A stretch of 64,000 nucleotides of DNA. It comes from Candidatus Obscuribacteraceae bacterium. Its GTDB lineage: Bacteria > Cyanobacteriota > Vampirovibrionia > Obscuribacterales > Obscuribacteraceae. The stretch lies in NCBI GenBank assembly GCA_044229845.1, contig JBGASG010000008.1, positions 96,001 to 160,000 on the forward strand, given 5' to 3'. Under the pieces are notes generated by a model. That model did not search any database. It saw nothing but the letters and a program-made list of their open reading frames with translations, and was not told the DNA's origin. How positions within the stretch are numbered: the first letter of the stretch is position 1; each line of letters begins with the position of its first letter. Shown here piece by piece: positions 19,650 to 30,846 of this stretch. The position numbers and the translations under genes were made by a program.

Positions 19650-20120
19650 ATGCCACTTCGAATGGACACACCATTGCCGTCACTGGAAGGTGGAACCGAC
19701 TGGTTCAATTCCGAACCGATCACCAACGACCAGTTGAAGGGGCACACCGTGCTCATCCACTTCTGGTCGATCAGCTGCGGCATCTGCAAGGAATCGCTGC
19801 CCGACATCACTCGCTGGATCGAAGAGTACGGTCCAAAGGGTTTGAAAGTTGTCTCTATTCATATGCCGAGACAAGAATCAGACACCAATGTCGAAGCCGT
19901 CAAAGAAGCCATCGAGTACTACGAAGTCAAACAACCCTGCGTAGTCGACAACTGGCATACGATCACCGATGCCTTTGAAAACAAGTTCGTCCCAGCATTC
20001 TATGTTTTCGACAATGAAGGCAAGATGCGTGATTTCAAAGCCGGCGAGAAAGCCATCAAGATGGTAGAGCCGGTTCTCGAGCGCTTGCTCAATGCTAAGC
20101 AAGAGCAGCCCGCCACTTAA
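19650..20120 (+). CDS. Thioredoxin-like redoxin (TlpA/YkuV-like)
   Basis: HFWSISCGIC (CxxC); AGGAGG RBS. Confidence 0.88.
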   Translation: MPLRMDTPLPSLEGGTDWFNSEPITNDQLKGHTVLIHFWSISCGICKESLPDITRWIEEYGPKGLKVVSIHMPRQESDTNVEAVKEAIEYYEVKQPCVVDNWHTITDAFENKFVPAFYVFDNEGKMRDFKAGEKAIKMVEPVLERLLNAKQEQPAT

Positions 20121-20167
20121 ATACCTATACCGACCCCAGTTAAATACCTCGCCGGGAGAGAAGCAAA

Positions 20168-21484
<1,317 letters not shown>

Positions 21485-21513
21485 ACCTCAGCCGTCACGG
21501 GTATGTTCCATAC

Positions 21514-23421
21514 ATGACGGACAGCGACTCGATTACCGACCGGCTGTTTGACGGCAAATATGTCTTACTCGGCCGAGCGGGAGAAGGCGGGCACGGCGAA
21601 GTTATGCGCGCCCTCGACCGCGACCTCGACCGCATCGTGGCCATCAAAATGCTCACCAGAGGGCATGCTCAAAAGCCTCATGCCATCAACCGCCTGCAAC
21701 GGGAGGCGCTGCTCCTCAGCAAGCTGGATCACCCCAATATCGCCCGCGTTTACTCCTTCGCAGTGACACCAGAAGGGACGCCCTATCTGGTCATGGAGTA
21801 TCTGCAAGCAAATACACTCTCGCAGCGTATTGCATCAAGCGGCACCTTTTCCATTGAGGACTGGAGCGTGGTGGCAAGACAGCTGTGCGATGCAATTTCA
21901 TACGCGCATGCACAAAACGTCATCCACCGCGACATCAAACCGCAAAACATATTACTCGTGCAGGCAGAAGGTCCGGGCGGAGCCGCCGCCGGTGGATTTT
22001 TCGTCAAGCTGGTCGACTTCGGCATGGCCAAACCCGCCGACTCCGAACCGACTTCACTGATCACCACAGGCAGCAACCCCAATATCGGCACGCCGATTTA
22101 CGCCAGCCCCGAGCAATATGGTGCCGGTCACATCGATCACCGCACAGACATCTATTCTCTGTCTTGCGTTTTTTATGAAATGCTGGCCGGCAAACCGCCT
22201 TACGTTGGCGGCACAGTCTTTGAAACCATGATGTACAAACTGGAGACGACCGCTCCGTTGATCCCGGCACTCGTGTACTATCCGGCTCTGGAAGCGGCGC
22301 TCTTGAAAGGACTCTCTCCAAAGTCGGAGGATCGTTTTCAGACCATCAATGAATATCGCGAAGCGATCGAAGCGGCATTGCAGGCTCCGGCATCTTCACG
22401 GCAGCAGTCCAATAATAAGGCAAAGCTGCGTCTGCCACGCGTTTCAAAGCTGAGCACCGTCACTTTCGCAGTCATCCTGTCTGCCCTCGTCGCCATCGGA
22501 TGTCTGGCCTATTTGCAAACTCGTCCCGGCAGTGACACCACCGGCGACGGCGAAGTACACTACGCCACCTGGAAGGATGCCCTCAAAGAGGCGCAAGCCG
22601 TCTCCGACCTGTATGTCGTCAGCAGGCTCCCCGAGGACGGCTTTCGAGCTGGTAAGACATTCGAGCAGGCAATTCTTGTCGCCGATCGCACGGCACGCGA
22701 GGTCGATCCGCAACTGCGGTTCGCATCGCCGTCCGATCAGCAACTGCATCTCGACCGCATCGATGCACGCCTGCACGCGGCCCGTTTCTATCTGAGAAGC
22801 AGTAACTTTGTAGAAAATCGAGTAGTCATGGCGAAACGCTTTTTGCGAGAAGCCGGCAACATCATTGACGAGTTGCAGTCCAACCAGTTTCCGCTGACAG
22901 CAGATTTGATGCGGCGCAACTGGATTTTGCTGGACGCCCTCTCCTTCGGCTATCTGGAGCACGAAGAAGCGGAGAAAGCGCAGCCATACGCTGAGAATTC
23001 GCTGCAGTTGAGAATAGATGGTGGCGGCACAGAAACCGATTTGTTTTGGGGACGCCAGAGGTTGGCTGAAACAATGCTCGGACAGTCCAACTTTGACGGT
23101 GCACTACCGCTGGTGACAACCAATCTGGAAGACCTCCGCAAGGGCGGCATCATTACTAAAGATGTGGAAGCAGTCTGGGCGCAAAACCTGATCTTGTGGA
23201 ATCAGGCCAAATATCACCAGATCGGCGCCACGAAAGTGCTGAGTTCCTGCGAAGAGTGGCTTCCCCCCGGCTGCGTCGACAAGGAAGCAATACACCTGGT
23301 CATGACGGGCACGCTAGTGGGCCGCAAAGCTAATGCAGAACTGTGTAAGCAGTGGGGCTTCCAACTGCCTACAGGCAATCAGGTGCGCATATTCATTTCT
23401 CCGCCACGAGACCAGATTTGA
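21514..23421 (+). CDS. Membrane-anchored Hanks-type Ser/Thr protein kinase with a helical/TPR-like C-terminal domain
   Basis: GEGGHG, VAIK, HRDIKPQN, DFG, GTPIYASPE, DIYSL; central TM helix. Confidence 0.92.
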   Translation: MTDSDSITDRLFDGKYVLLGRAGEGGHGEVMRALDRDLDRIVAIKMLTRGHAQKPHAINRLQREALLLSKLDHPNIARVYSFAVTPEGTPYLVMEYLQANTLSQRIASSGTFSIEDWSVVARQLCDAISYAHAQNVIHRDIKPQNILLVQAEGPGGAAAGGFFVKLVDFGMAKPADSEPTSLITTGSNPNIGTPIYASPEQYGAGHIDHRTDIYSLSCVFYEMLAGKPPYVGGTVFETMMYKLETTAPLIPALVYYPALEAALLKGLSPKSEDRFQTINEYREAIEAALQAPASSRQQSNNKAKLRLPRVSKLSTVTFAVILSALVAIGCLAYLQTRPGSDTTGDGEVHYATWKDALKEAQAVSDLYVVSRLPEDGFRAGKTFEQAILVADRTAREVDPQLRFASPSDQQLHLDRIDARLHAARFYLRSSNFVENRVVMAKRFLREAGNIIDELQSNQFPLTADLMRRNWILLDALSFGYLEHEEAEKAQPYAENSLQLRIDGGGTETDLFWGRQRLAETMLGQSNFDGALPLVTTNLEDLRKGGIITKDVEAVWAQNLILWNQAKYHQIGATKVLSSCEEWLPPGCVDKEAIHLVMTGTLVGRKANAELCKQWGFQLPTGNQVRIFISPPRDQI

Positions 23422-24226
23422 GTTCGCATCTGAGCACCGCTCGCGCAACGGAAAGTCCCGCGACTCGTTTGGCTCCGGCTTTCATAAGGGTGCGTGCCGC
23501 CTCCGACATGGTGGCACCGGATGTGTAAATGTCGTCGACGATCACGACCGTGCAGTCTGCAAGAGTTTCTCCCTGACGCAGCACCTTGCCGATACCGTCG
23601 TCAACTGAAAACGCCGCCTCCATATTGACTCGCCGCTCTTCTCTCGACAAAAGGTGATGGGCGTTGGTGGCGCGCGAGCGCTTCAGCAATCCGCGCACCA
23701 GCCTGGGAGGGCTCAGCACTGGCGATTGGCGACCGGTTTCAGTCCGCCGCAGTCGGCGCAGCATCTCTTGCGACAGAAGTTCCGCCTGGTTGAAACGACG
23801 TCGATACTGGCGTCGCCAGTGGAGCGGCACCGGCACTATCAAACAAGCCGAATCCGTCATTTCTCCCGCCAGTTGCTCGAAAGCTCGGCACAGCGGCTGC
23901 GACAGGTCTCGTGCGATCAAGCGATCGTTGTCGTACTTCAAGTGATACAACAGTTTCTTTGCCAGTCCATCATAGGCGGTGCCCGACGCCAGCGGGAACG
24001 CCCGCGAGTCATCCAGCGGCACCCATTCATATGAGGGCGCATCCGCGCTCAATTCGCTCCAGCAGCTTTCGCAAACAGTCAGTGTATGCGAGCGCGATGA
24101 TATGGGGCGATGGCAGCCGCGACAGTTTTCGCAGCAGAGAAAACCAAACAGAGTTTCCAGCATCTCAGTACCCCGTCTTCGCTCAGACCAGATTAAAGCC
24201 TTATCTGTATACGACGGAGCCGGCAA
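23393..24226 (-). CDS. comF: ComF-family protein (zinc ribbon + PRTase); start probably ~24163
   Basis: CxxC...CxxC, VPVPLHWRR, FNQAELL, IVDDIYTSGAT. Confidence 0.88.
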   Translation of the reverse strand: MPAPSYTDKALIWSERRRGTEMLETLFGFLCCENCRGCHRPISSRSHTLTVCESCWSELSADAPSYEWVPLDDSRAFPLASGTAYDGLAKKLLYHLKYDNDRLIARDLSQPLCRAFEQLAGEMTDSACLIVPVPLHWRRQYRRRFNQAELLSQEMLRRLRRTETGRQSPVLSPPRLVRGLLKRSRATNAHHLLSREERRVNMEAAFSVDDGIGKVLRQGETLADCTVVIVDDIYTSGATMSEAARTLMKAGAKRVAGLSVARAVLRCELKSGLVAEK

Positions 24227-24266
24227 AATAGTTCAATTCAAATAGTTCAGGAGGGTGCTGTTTCCT

Positions 24267-24379
24267 CTTAGGGCAAATCAACACTAGTGTTTAAAAACTG
24301 GTAGCACGGCGGATGCGAGAAAGCCCACGAAAACACATTCGTTCGACAGATTTAAACAGAAGTGTTGATTTGCCCTAAG
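24267..24379. mobile_element. MITE/REP-like element with terminal inverted repeats CTTAGGGCAAATCAACACT
   Basis: Perfect 19-bp IR (24267-24285 / 24361-24379), extending to 29 bp with 2 mismatches; the same 19-mer recurs at 63973-63991. Confidence 0.7.
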
Positions 24380-24407
24380 GAGCAAATGACACCCCTGCCT
24401 CCAGAGA

Positions 24408-24659
24408 CTACGAACCGATGATGTGCTGCAAAACCCGCCCCATCAAATAGATGCCGCCGGAAGCGATGCCGGCCATCACCCACAAGGTCAACAATCCGAG
24501 CAGGAAGAATGCCACGCGATTGAACTTCTGATTAGGTCGGGGCGGACTGTAGTCGATTTCAGGGAGAGGCTCGTGCTCGGCGGGTTCCAAGGCTGAATCA
24601 GGCGCGGGCTCTATCAGAGCCTCATCTACTGTTTCTTCTTTGTCCTGATCCGGGTTCAC
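24408..24659 (-). CDS. Small single-TM membrane protein
   Basis: Acidic Pro-rich N-terminus plus one hydrophobic helix. Confidence 0.6.
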   Translation of the reverse strand: MNPDQDKEETVDEALIEPAPDSALEPAEHEPLPEIDYSPPRPNQKFNRVAFFLLGLLTLWVMAGIASGGIYLMGRVLQHIIGS

Positions 24660-24794
24660 AAGATTTTCACGATAGCCGACTATTATCGATCAGTACTTTC
24701 GCGCCCAACTTCAACAGCTTACCAACAAGTTATAGCAGCGAGTGCTTTTTGCTGCGCGTCGATACGGCTCGCTGCTTTCGTTTCATGCCCTGCA

Positions 24795-26252
24795 ATGAGA
24801 ATGCCTTGCCAGGTGGAAATGGGACAAGACTTTCATCCCAATTCTGAAGCGGAAATCGCCACCACAGTAGCGAAATCCATCCCGATTGAAAGTGGTGATC
24901 CATCACCCTTGAGTTTTGGCGCGGTCATGGCGGATCAAGGCACTCAGGTTGCCGATTCGCGAGTGCCAGGCGGCACCCGCAACAACGGCGACGCCGGCAA
25001 CCTCATCGACATAACCCGCTGGCTACCAAAGTACGACATCGCCAACCCGGGACTGGTGCGCGCTATCTCGGGTTTCGGCGACCAGCGACAGCCGTCCGCC
25101 GTGACACAGGTCGGCGACCGCACGACACAGACGGCCGCCGTGCCGGGAGACGGCGGCAAACCCAAAGACATATACATCAAGCCAGGTGGCGACCCGCGCC
25201 GGGACGCCCAGCAGATTCAAGATGCTATCGATGCTGCAGCTCGCGCTGGAGAACAGGTCAACATCAATGTTCCGCCAGGAATTTATAGAGGAAACATCGT
25301 CTTCCCCCCCGGAGCGCGCAACATCTCACTGAAGGCGCAAGAAGTAAACGGACGGCGCGCGGTGTTCGACATGACCGGCATGCCGACCAGTGATGATACG
25401 CAAGCGGTGTTCAAGCTGCAGAACAACCAGAACATCACCATCGAAGGATTCGAAATCAAAAACTACAAAGGTTCGTCGCGTGACAATCCGCCGGTAGGCA
25501 TCATGGTCACCGGCGTCAACAAAGACATTACGCTGCGCGGCAACGATATCCATCATCTCGGACTTGACGCCCAGGGGCAGCCGGACAGAATCGGCTCACA
25601 GCCAATCATCGTGTTTGGCAAAGGATCGACCGAAGCAACGGCAACTCGCAATATCAACATTACCAACAACCATGTCCACGATTCAAACCTCGGTCAACAC
25701 GAGGGCATCACGCTGAACGGCAATGTGGATGGCTTCCAGATCTCGATCAATCGCTTGACCAATCTGAACAACATCGGCATCGATATCGTCGGCGGTGAGA
25801 CTACTTCGTCCAATCGCGCCCTTGATGCAGCCCGCAATGGTCTGATTCGCGGCAATTTCGTGAGCGGCATCGACAGCGACAAGAATCCCACTTATCCGAA
25901 AGGCGACCGTTCAGCCGGGGGCATCTATATCGATGGCGGACGGGACGTGCGCATTGAAAACAACGTGGTCGAAAATACCAACCGCGGCATCGAGATCGGC
26001 AGCGAGCATGCCGGTACTTCGGCGCAAAACATCACAGTCAGCAACAACTGGCTGAAAAGAAACCACCTGGCGGCGATTACAGTGGGCGCCGGCGAGCGAA
26101 ACCAGGGCAGCACCGTCAACGTGTCCCTTATCAATAATATCTTCCAGGCAAACGGTCCGGATGCCAAAACCGGCGTCGTCGAGCAATACAATGTCAGTCG
26201 GCTGTTTCAATCCGGCAACAAATTCGTCGATCCCTTCTGGATTCCTCGCTAG
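24795..26252 (+). CDS. Right-handed parallel beta-helix repeat protein
   Basis: Repeated NITI/NNxxxN strands, SAGGIYIDGG, NRGIEIGSE. Confidence 0.8.
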   Translation: MRMPCQVEMGQDFHPNSEAEIATTVAKSIPIESGDPSPLSFGAVMADQGTQVADSRVPGGTRNNGDAGNLIDITRWLPKYDIANPGLVRAISGFGDQRQPSAVTQVGDRTTQTAAVPGDGGKPKDIYIKPGGDPRRDAQQIQDAIDAAARAGEQVNINVPPGIYRGNIVFPPGARNISLKAQEVNGRRAVFDMTGMPTSDDTQAVFKLQNNQNITIEGFEIKNYKGSSRDNPPVGIMVTGVNKDITLRGNDIHHLGLDAQGQPDRIGSQPIIVFGKGSTEATATRNINITNNHVHDSNLGQHEGITLNGNVDGFQISINRLTNLNNIGIDIVGGETTSSNRALDAARNGLIRGNFVSGIDSDKNPTYPKGDRSAGGIYIDGGRDVRIENNVVENTNRGIEIGSEHAGTSAQNITVSNNWLKRNHLAAITVGAGERNQGSTVNVSLINNIFQANGPDAKTGVVEQYNVSRLFQSGNKFVDPFWIPR

Positions 26253-26260
26253 GCTATAAT

Positions 26261-27532
26261 GTGCTCAGCATGTCCACTACTTACATTGATGCACAGCGAC
26301 TGGTTGTCGATTGTGAGAAAGAACTTTTGCCGACTTTCGCGCGCGTCGATGACATCGCTCTGGCAAACCAGAAGCGGGTGCTGGACGCCTTCAAAGACCA
26401 TCGCCTGACCGAAGAATTTTTTGCCGAGCGCACCGGCTACGGCATCGACGACATCGGTCGAGAAACGATCGACAAGATATTCGCCACCGTATTCGGTGCG
26501 GAGGCGGCAGCCGCACGCATGCAATTCGTTTCCGGAACTCATGCGCTGGCCTGTGCTTTATTCGGCAACTTGATGCCCGGCGAGCGCATGGCCTGCCTGA
26601 CGGGGCGCCCCTACGACACCATGGAAAAGGTGATCGGCATCAACGGCAATGAGCCCGGCTCGCTGAAGAGTCTGGGCGTCGAATACTTGCAGATCGACTT
26701 CGTGGCGGAAGCGACTGTAGCTGATCTGGAGGCGGCGCTGCAGCCACCGACAGCGGTGGCGTACATACAAAAGTCCTGCGGCTACACCTACGGTCGGCGG
26801 TCGCTCTCAACACGCGAAGTGCAGGCACTCTGCCAGCGAGTGCGCATGTTGCGCCCTGACTGCAAGATCATCGTCGACAACTGCTATGGCGAGTTTGTCG
26901 AAACGCGTGAGCCGACTATGGGTGGAGCCGACCTCATAGCGGGGTCGTTGATCAAAAATCCCGGCGGCGGCTTGGCGCTGACCGGCGGTTATATCGCGGG
27001 CACCCGGCAGTGCGTCGATGCTGCTCTCAATCGGCTGACGGCGCCCGGAGTCGGCGGGCATCTGGGTCTTACTTTCAATCAAAACCGGCTGCTTCTGCAG
27101 GGTCTTTTCACCGCGCCCTCAGTCGTGGCTAATGCTCTGAAAGGAGCCGCGTTGTTTGCTCTCGTTTTCAATAAGCTGGGTTTCGACACATCGCCCGATC
27201 CCACAGATGAGCGGGCCGACATCATCCAGAGCATTCGCTTTGGAGACCCTAAGCTGTTGACCAACTTCTTGCGCTGCATGCAGATGTTTTCCCCCGTTAA
27301 CTCGCATGTACAGCCGGAACCGTCAGAGATGCCGGGATACGAAGACAAAGTGATCATGGCGGGAGGCAGTTTTATCGAGGGTTCGACCATCGAATTGTCC
27401 GCGGATGGACCATTGCGTCCGCCGTATGCCGCATTTGTTCAGGGCGGGCTTACTTACTATCACGTCAAATGCGCGCTGGTTGGCATCGTCGAGCAAGGAC
27501 AGCTGGAGCCGACGCGTTTTCTGCGCAGCTGA
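26261..27532 (+). CDS. Methionine gamma-lyase family / aluminium-resistance (YnbB-like) PLP enzyme
   Basis: TGYGIDDIGRE, VSGTHA, VDNCYGEF, GSLIKNPGGG, IELSADGP. Confidence 0.9.
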   Translation: MLSMSTTYIDAQRLVVDCEKELLPTFARVDDIALANQKRVLDAFKDHRLTEEFFAERTGYGIDDIGRETIDKIFATVFGAEAAAARMQFVSGTHALACALFGNLMPGERMACLTGRPYDTMEKVIGINGNEPGSLKSLGVEYLQIDFVAEATVADLEAALQPPTAVAYIQKSCGYTYGRRSLSTREVQALCQRVRMLRPDCKIIVDNCYGEFVETREPTMGGADLIAGSLIKNPGGGLALTGGYIAGTRQCVDAALNRLTAPGVGGHLGLTFNQNRLLLQGLFTAPSVVANALKGAALFALVFNKLGFDTSPDPTDERADIIQSIRFGDPKLLTNFLRCMQMFSPVNSHVQPEPSEMPGYEDKVIMAGGSFIEGSTIELSADGPLRPPYAAFVQGGLTYYHVKCALVGIVEQGQLEPTRFLRS

Positions 27533-27640
27533 GCCGCACCTGAGCGGAAACTCACCCGAACGCAGCACTAAACATTTGTTCATTCCTCAGCCCTGGCGCG
27601 AAATTCTTCTCTAAAATGACCCAAGGGCTGCGAGGATCAC

Positions 27641-28651
27641 ATGCGCGAGGGCAGACAGTTGGTTGCACAGATGCCATTACGTCAAAAGACTCAGCCAGGC
27701 AGCAATGTGACATTTAAAGTCTTTTCGGGGACTGCTAATCCCGAACTGGCTAAAGAAGTGGCTGACTACGTCGGCACAGACCTCGGACACATCAAAATCA
27801 CGCCCTTCTCGGACGGCGAAATCTACGTCCAGATTCAGGAGAGCGTACGCGGCGTCGATTGTTTCTTGATTCAACCCACTTGCAGCCCCGTCAACGAAAA
27901 CTTGATGGAGCTTTTGATTTTGCTCGATGCGTTCAAACGCGCATCTGCCGGGCGTATCACGGTAGTCATGCCCTATTACGGCTATGCCAGACAAGACCGG
28001 AAAGCCGCCGGACGGGAGGCAATCACAGCCAAACTGGTCGCCGACCTTCTGACTACGGCCGGCGCCAATCGCGTCGTGGCGCTGGATTTGCACGCACCGC
28101 AGATTATGGGTTTCTTCAATATCCTGGTCGATCACTTGTATGCAAGCCCAGTGCTGCTCGACCATATCGCCAACTCCAGCGACTTCCCCAAAGAAGACCT
28201 GGTAGTCGTCAGCCCCGACGTGGGCGGTGTGGGTCGCGCTCGCGCCTTCGCCAAGAAACTGAACGACTCGCCAATCGCCATCATCGATAAAAGACGCAGC
28301 GCCGCCAACGTCGCCGAAGTTCTGTCGGTTGTCGGCGATGTCAAAAACAAAACCGCAATCATGGTCGACGACATGGTCGACACTGCCGGCACACTGGTCA
28401 AAGGCGCCGAGCTCTTGAAGCGCGAGGGTGCCAAAGCCGTCTATGCCTGTGCCACGCACGGAGTCCTCTCCGGACCGGCTTTCGAGCGCCTCGAGCACTC
28501 ACCCATCGAGCAACTGATCGTCACCAACTCGATCCCGGTTGAGCAATCGAAGCTGAGCAAGAAGATTCAGCAAGTCAGCGTCGCCAGATTGCTGGGCGAA
28601 GCGATTGCTCGCATTCACGAAGATTGCTCCGTCAGCGAGCTATTCGAGTAG
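27641..28651 (+). CDS. prs: Ribose-phosphate pyrophosphokinase
   Basis: FSDGE, PYYGYARQDRK, DLHAPQI, VVSPDVGG, DDMVDTAGT. Confidence 0.98.
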   Translation: MREGRQLVAQMPLRQKTQPGSNVTFKVFSGTANPELAKEVADYVGTDLGHIKITPFSDGEIYVQIQESVRGVDCFLIQPTCSPVNENLMELLILLDAFKRASAGRITVVMPYYGYARQDRKAAGREAITAKLVADLLTTAGANRVVALDLHAPQIMGFFNILVDHLYASPVLLDHIANSSDFPKEDLVVVSPDVGGVGRARAFAKKLNDSPIAIIDKRRSAANVAEVLSVVGDVKNKTAIMVDDMVDTAGTLVKGAELLKREGAKAVYACATHGVLSGPAFERLEHSPIEQLIVTNSIPVEQSKLSKKIQQVSVARLLGEAIARIHEDCSVSELFE

Positions 28652-28652
28652 T

Positions 28653-29285
28653 ATGCACGTTATCACTTTTCCAGCCGGCCCGTTGCAGTGCAACTGCTCG
28701 ATCATCGCGTGTCCGGAAACTAAAGAAGCCGCTGTCATCGACCCGGGCGGCGACGTGGACGAGATTTTGAAACTGCTGCAGGACAACGGCTTGACCGTCA
28801 AATACTTGCTGCACACGCACGCACACTTCGACCACATTCTCGGTTCTCGCGAACTGAAGGAAAAGACGGGCGCCAAGATCTGCCTGCACGAAGGCGACGA
28901 CTGGCTCTACGAGAACCTCGGCATGCAATGCGGCTTGTTCGGATTTAAATCGGACGAACCGCTGCCCGTCGACGTACATTTGAACGACGAAGAAGAATTG
29001 AAGATAGGCAACATCAAAACCAAAGTCATTCACACTCCAGGGCATACGCCAGGCAGTTTGTGTTTTGAGATGTCCGCCAAAGACAACTTGCTCTACTCAG
29101 GCGATACGCTGTTCCAGCACAGCATCGGGCGCACGGATTTGTGGGGCGGCAGCATGGACGACATAATCAAATCGATTCGCGGCAAACTGTTCCGGCTGGA
29201 TGATTCGACAACGGTGGTGCCTGGGCACGGACCGAACACCACAATTCATCAAGAGAAGAAACTCAACCCGTTCGTCGGCGCCTGA
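28653..29285 (+). CDS. MBL-fold metallo-hydrolase (glyoxalase II-like)
   Basis: HTHAHFDH, HTPGHTPG, SGDTLF, PGHG; ATG 2 bp after the prs stop. Confidence 0.92.
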   Translation: MHVITFPAGPLQCNCSIIACPETKEAAVIDPGGDVDEILKLLQDNGLTVKYLLHTHAHFDHILGSRELKEKTGAKICLHEGDDWLYENLGMQCGLFGFKSDEPLPVDVHLNDEEELKIGNIKTKVIHTPGHTPGSLCFEMSAKDNLLYSGDTLFQHSIGRTDLWGGSMDDIIKSIRGKLFRLDDSTTVVPGHGPNTTIHQEKKLNPFVGA

Positions 29286-29288
29286 ATT

Positions 29289-30827
29289 CTACTTAGCTTT
29301 GCCACCATTGGCGATGGCGAGAAACTTGGGCGAGTATTCGATCTTCGTCGTCTTGCGCTTGTCTTGCAACCACTTCTCCAAGACCAACTGAGTTTTCAGC
29401 TGCTGCACTTGCAGCGCCACAAGCGGCTTGACGTCATTGAAGGCGAGATAGCCCGGCTTTTCGTGTCCGGTGACTTTAATGATCTGGTAGCCGAGTTCGG
29501 TCTTGATCAGGCGCGGCAACACGGTGCCCGTCGGCAAGGTCCAGACGGCGTCCGCCACTGCGGGCGTCAGCGATTCTTTGTCGAGCCAGCCCAGTTCACC
29601 GCCGGTGCCGCGCATTTTTGCTTGCATGTCATCGGTGCTTTCGTTGGCGAGTTTGCCGAAATCTTTGGTCGCCTGAGCTTTTCCAAGGATCACCAGCGCC
29701 TTCTGCTCAAGCTCTTTATTGACCAGAGCTACGCGCGCATCGACTTCCGCATCGGTGAGTTTGGGGTTCTGGTTTTTGATCTCGGTCTTGATGCTGCGGA
29801 TTGCCGGCGGCACATCAGCGCTGGGCGCCAGAATCAGAATCGATGAAAGCCGCACGCGCTCGCCGTGCTTGAACAGTTCTTTGTTCTTCGCGTACACAGC
29901 CTTGAGTTCGGCATCTGTGACTTTGGAACCTTTGGTCACCTTTTCGGCTTGCAACTTAGCCAATTCGGTTTTGACAATCTCGTCCTTAAGAGCATCCTGC
30001 GGCAACCCGCTTTGTTGCAGCACCAGCGGATAGCTTCGTGAATGCTTGAACAGGAAATATTTGTTCATAGCGTCCTTCTCAAGCCCGCCTGCCTTGGCGG
30101 CGTTGCAGAGAATTTCGCGATTAACCAGTTCAGGCAGCAGCCCTTGTTGCAAAAGCACGCTGGACATTTTGTAAGCCAGCCCGATGTTGTAGATTTCTTC
30201 GGCGTATTGCGCTTCGGTCAATCCTCTGTCTTTGAGAAACTTTTCGAAGCCGCCCGGTTCTTTGGACTGCCCTTCCTTGGCGGTCTTGAGCAGCTTTTCC
30301 TTGTCGCCGGGTGAGAGGGTCAAATTGCGCGCTTTGGCTTCCGCCAGCAGCTTAGCCCTCACCGTGGGGTCAGCCCCGATGCCGGAACTTGCCTGTACTT
30401 GTTGCAACACCAACATGCTCTTATACGTGCTGATGCGCAGGGGAGTGCCGCCGACGGTGCAGATCACCGTTTCGTTCGGCAGGTCTTTCATGCTGATGCT
30501 GATTTCTTTTTGCCCGTCGGGCAAGGTGCGGGTCTCCACGTCCGGCTTGCCTGTGGTGGTCGCCGTGGCGCTGTCCGTCGCGGCACCTGTACCTGTCGCC
30601 GCAGTGCCATCAGTAGCAGTGGCTGTTCCGGTTGCCGTCGCGCTGTCGGTGGCGGTACCGGCGGCGGTGGCATCAGTGGCAGTCGCGGTGCCGGTGGCAG
30701 TCGCAGCCGGCTGTTTGGGATCGGGCGTCTGGGCAGGGTTGAGGTTAGACTGCATGTTGGCGCCGTTGCAGCCCGCCAGCAAAGCTACGCTGAAGGCGAC
30801 CAACAGAGTTTGAGATTGCTTGTTCAT
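29289..30827 (-). CDS. Lipoprotein parvulin-type peptidyl-prolyl isomerase (PrsA/SurA-like)
   Basis: Lipobox LLAGC, Thr/Ala-rich linker, GGELGW...GYQIIKV parvulin motif. Confidence 0.8.
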   Translation of the reverse strand: MNKQSQTLLVAFSVALLAGCNGANMQSNLNPAQTPDPKQPAATATGTATATDATAAGTATDSATATGTATATDGTAATGTGAATDSATATTTGKPDVETRTLPDGQKEISISMKDLPNETVICTVGGTPLRISTYKSMLVLQQVQASSGIGADPTVRAKLLAEAKARNLTLSPGDKEKLLKTAKEGQSKEPGGFEKFLKDRGLTEAQYAEEIYNIGLAYKMSSVLLQQGLLPELVNREILCNAAKAGGLEKDAMNKYFLFKHSRSYPLVLQQSGLPQDALKDEIVKTELAKLQAEKVTKGSKVTDAELKAVYAKNKELFKHGERVRLSSILILAPSADVPPAIRSIKTEIKNQNPKLTDAEVDARVALVNKELEQKALVILGKAQATKDFGKLANESTDDMQAKMRGTGGELGWLDKESLTPAVADAVWTLPTGTVLPRLIKTELGYQIIKVTGHEKPGYLAFNDVKPLVALQVQQLKTQLVLEKWLQDKRKTTKIEYSPKFLAIANGGKAK

Positions 30828-30846
30828 TTAAAAGACGTTCCCCGCC

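Noticed and set aside
30550..30710. Repetitive GTGGC/GTCGC DNA
   Set aside because: Explained by the Thr/Ala-rich linker of the PPIase lipoprotein.
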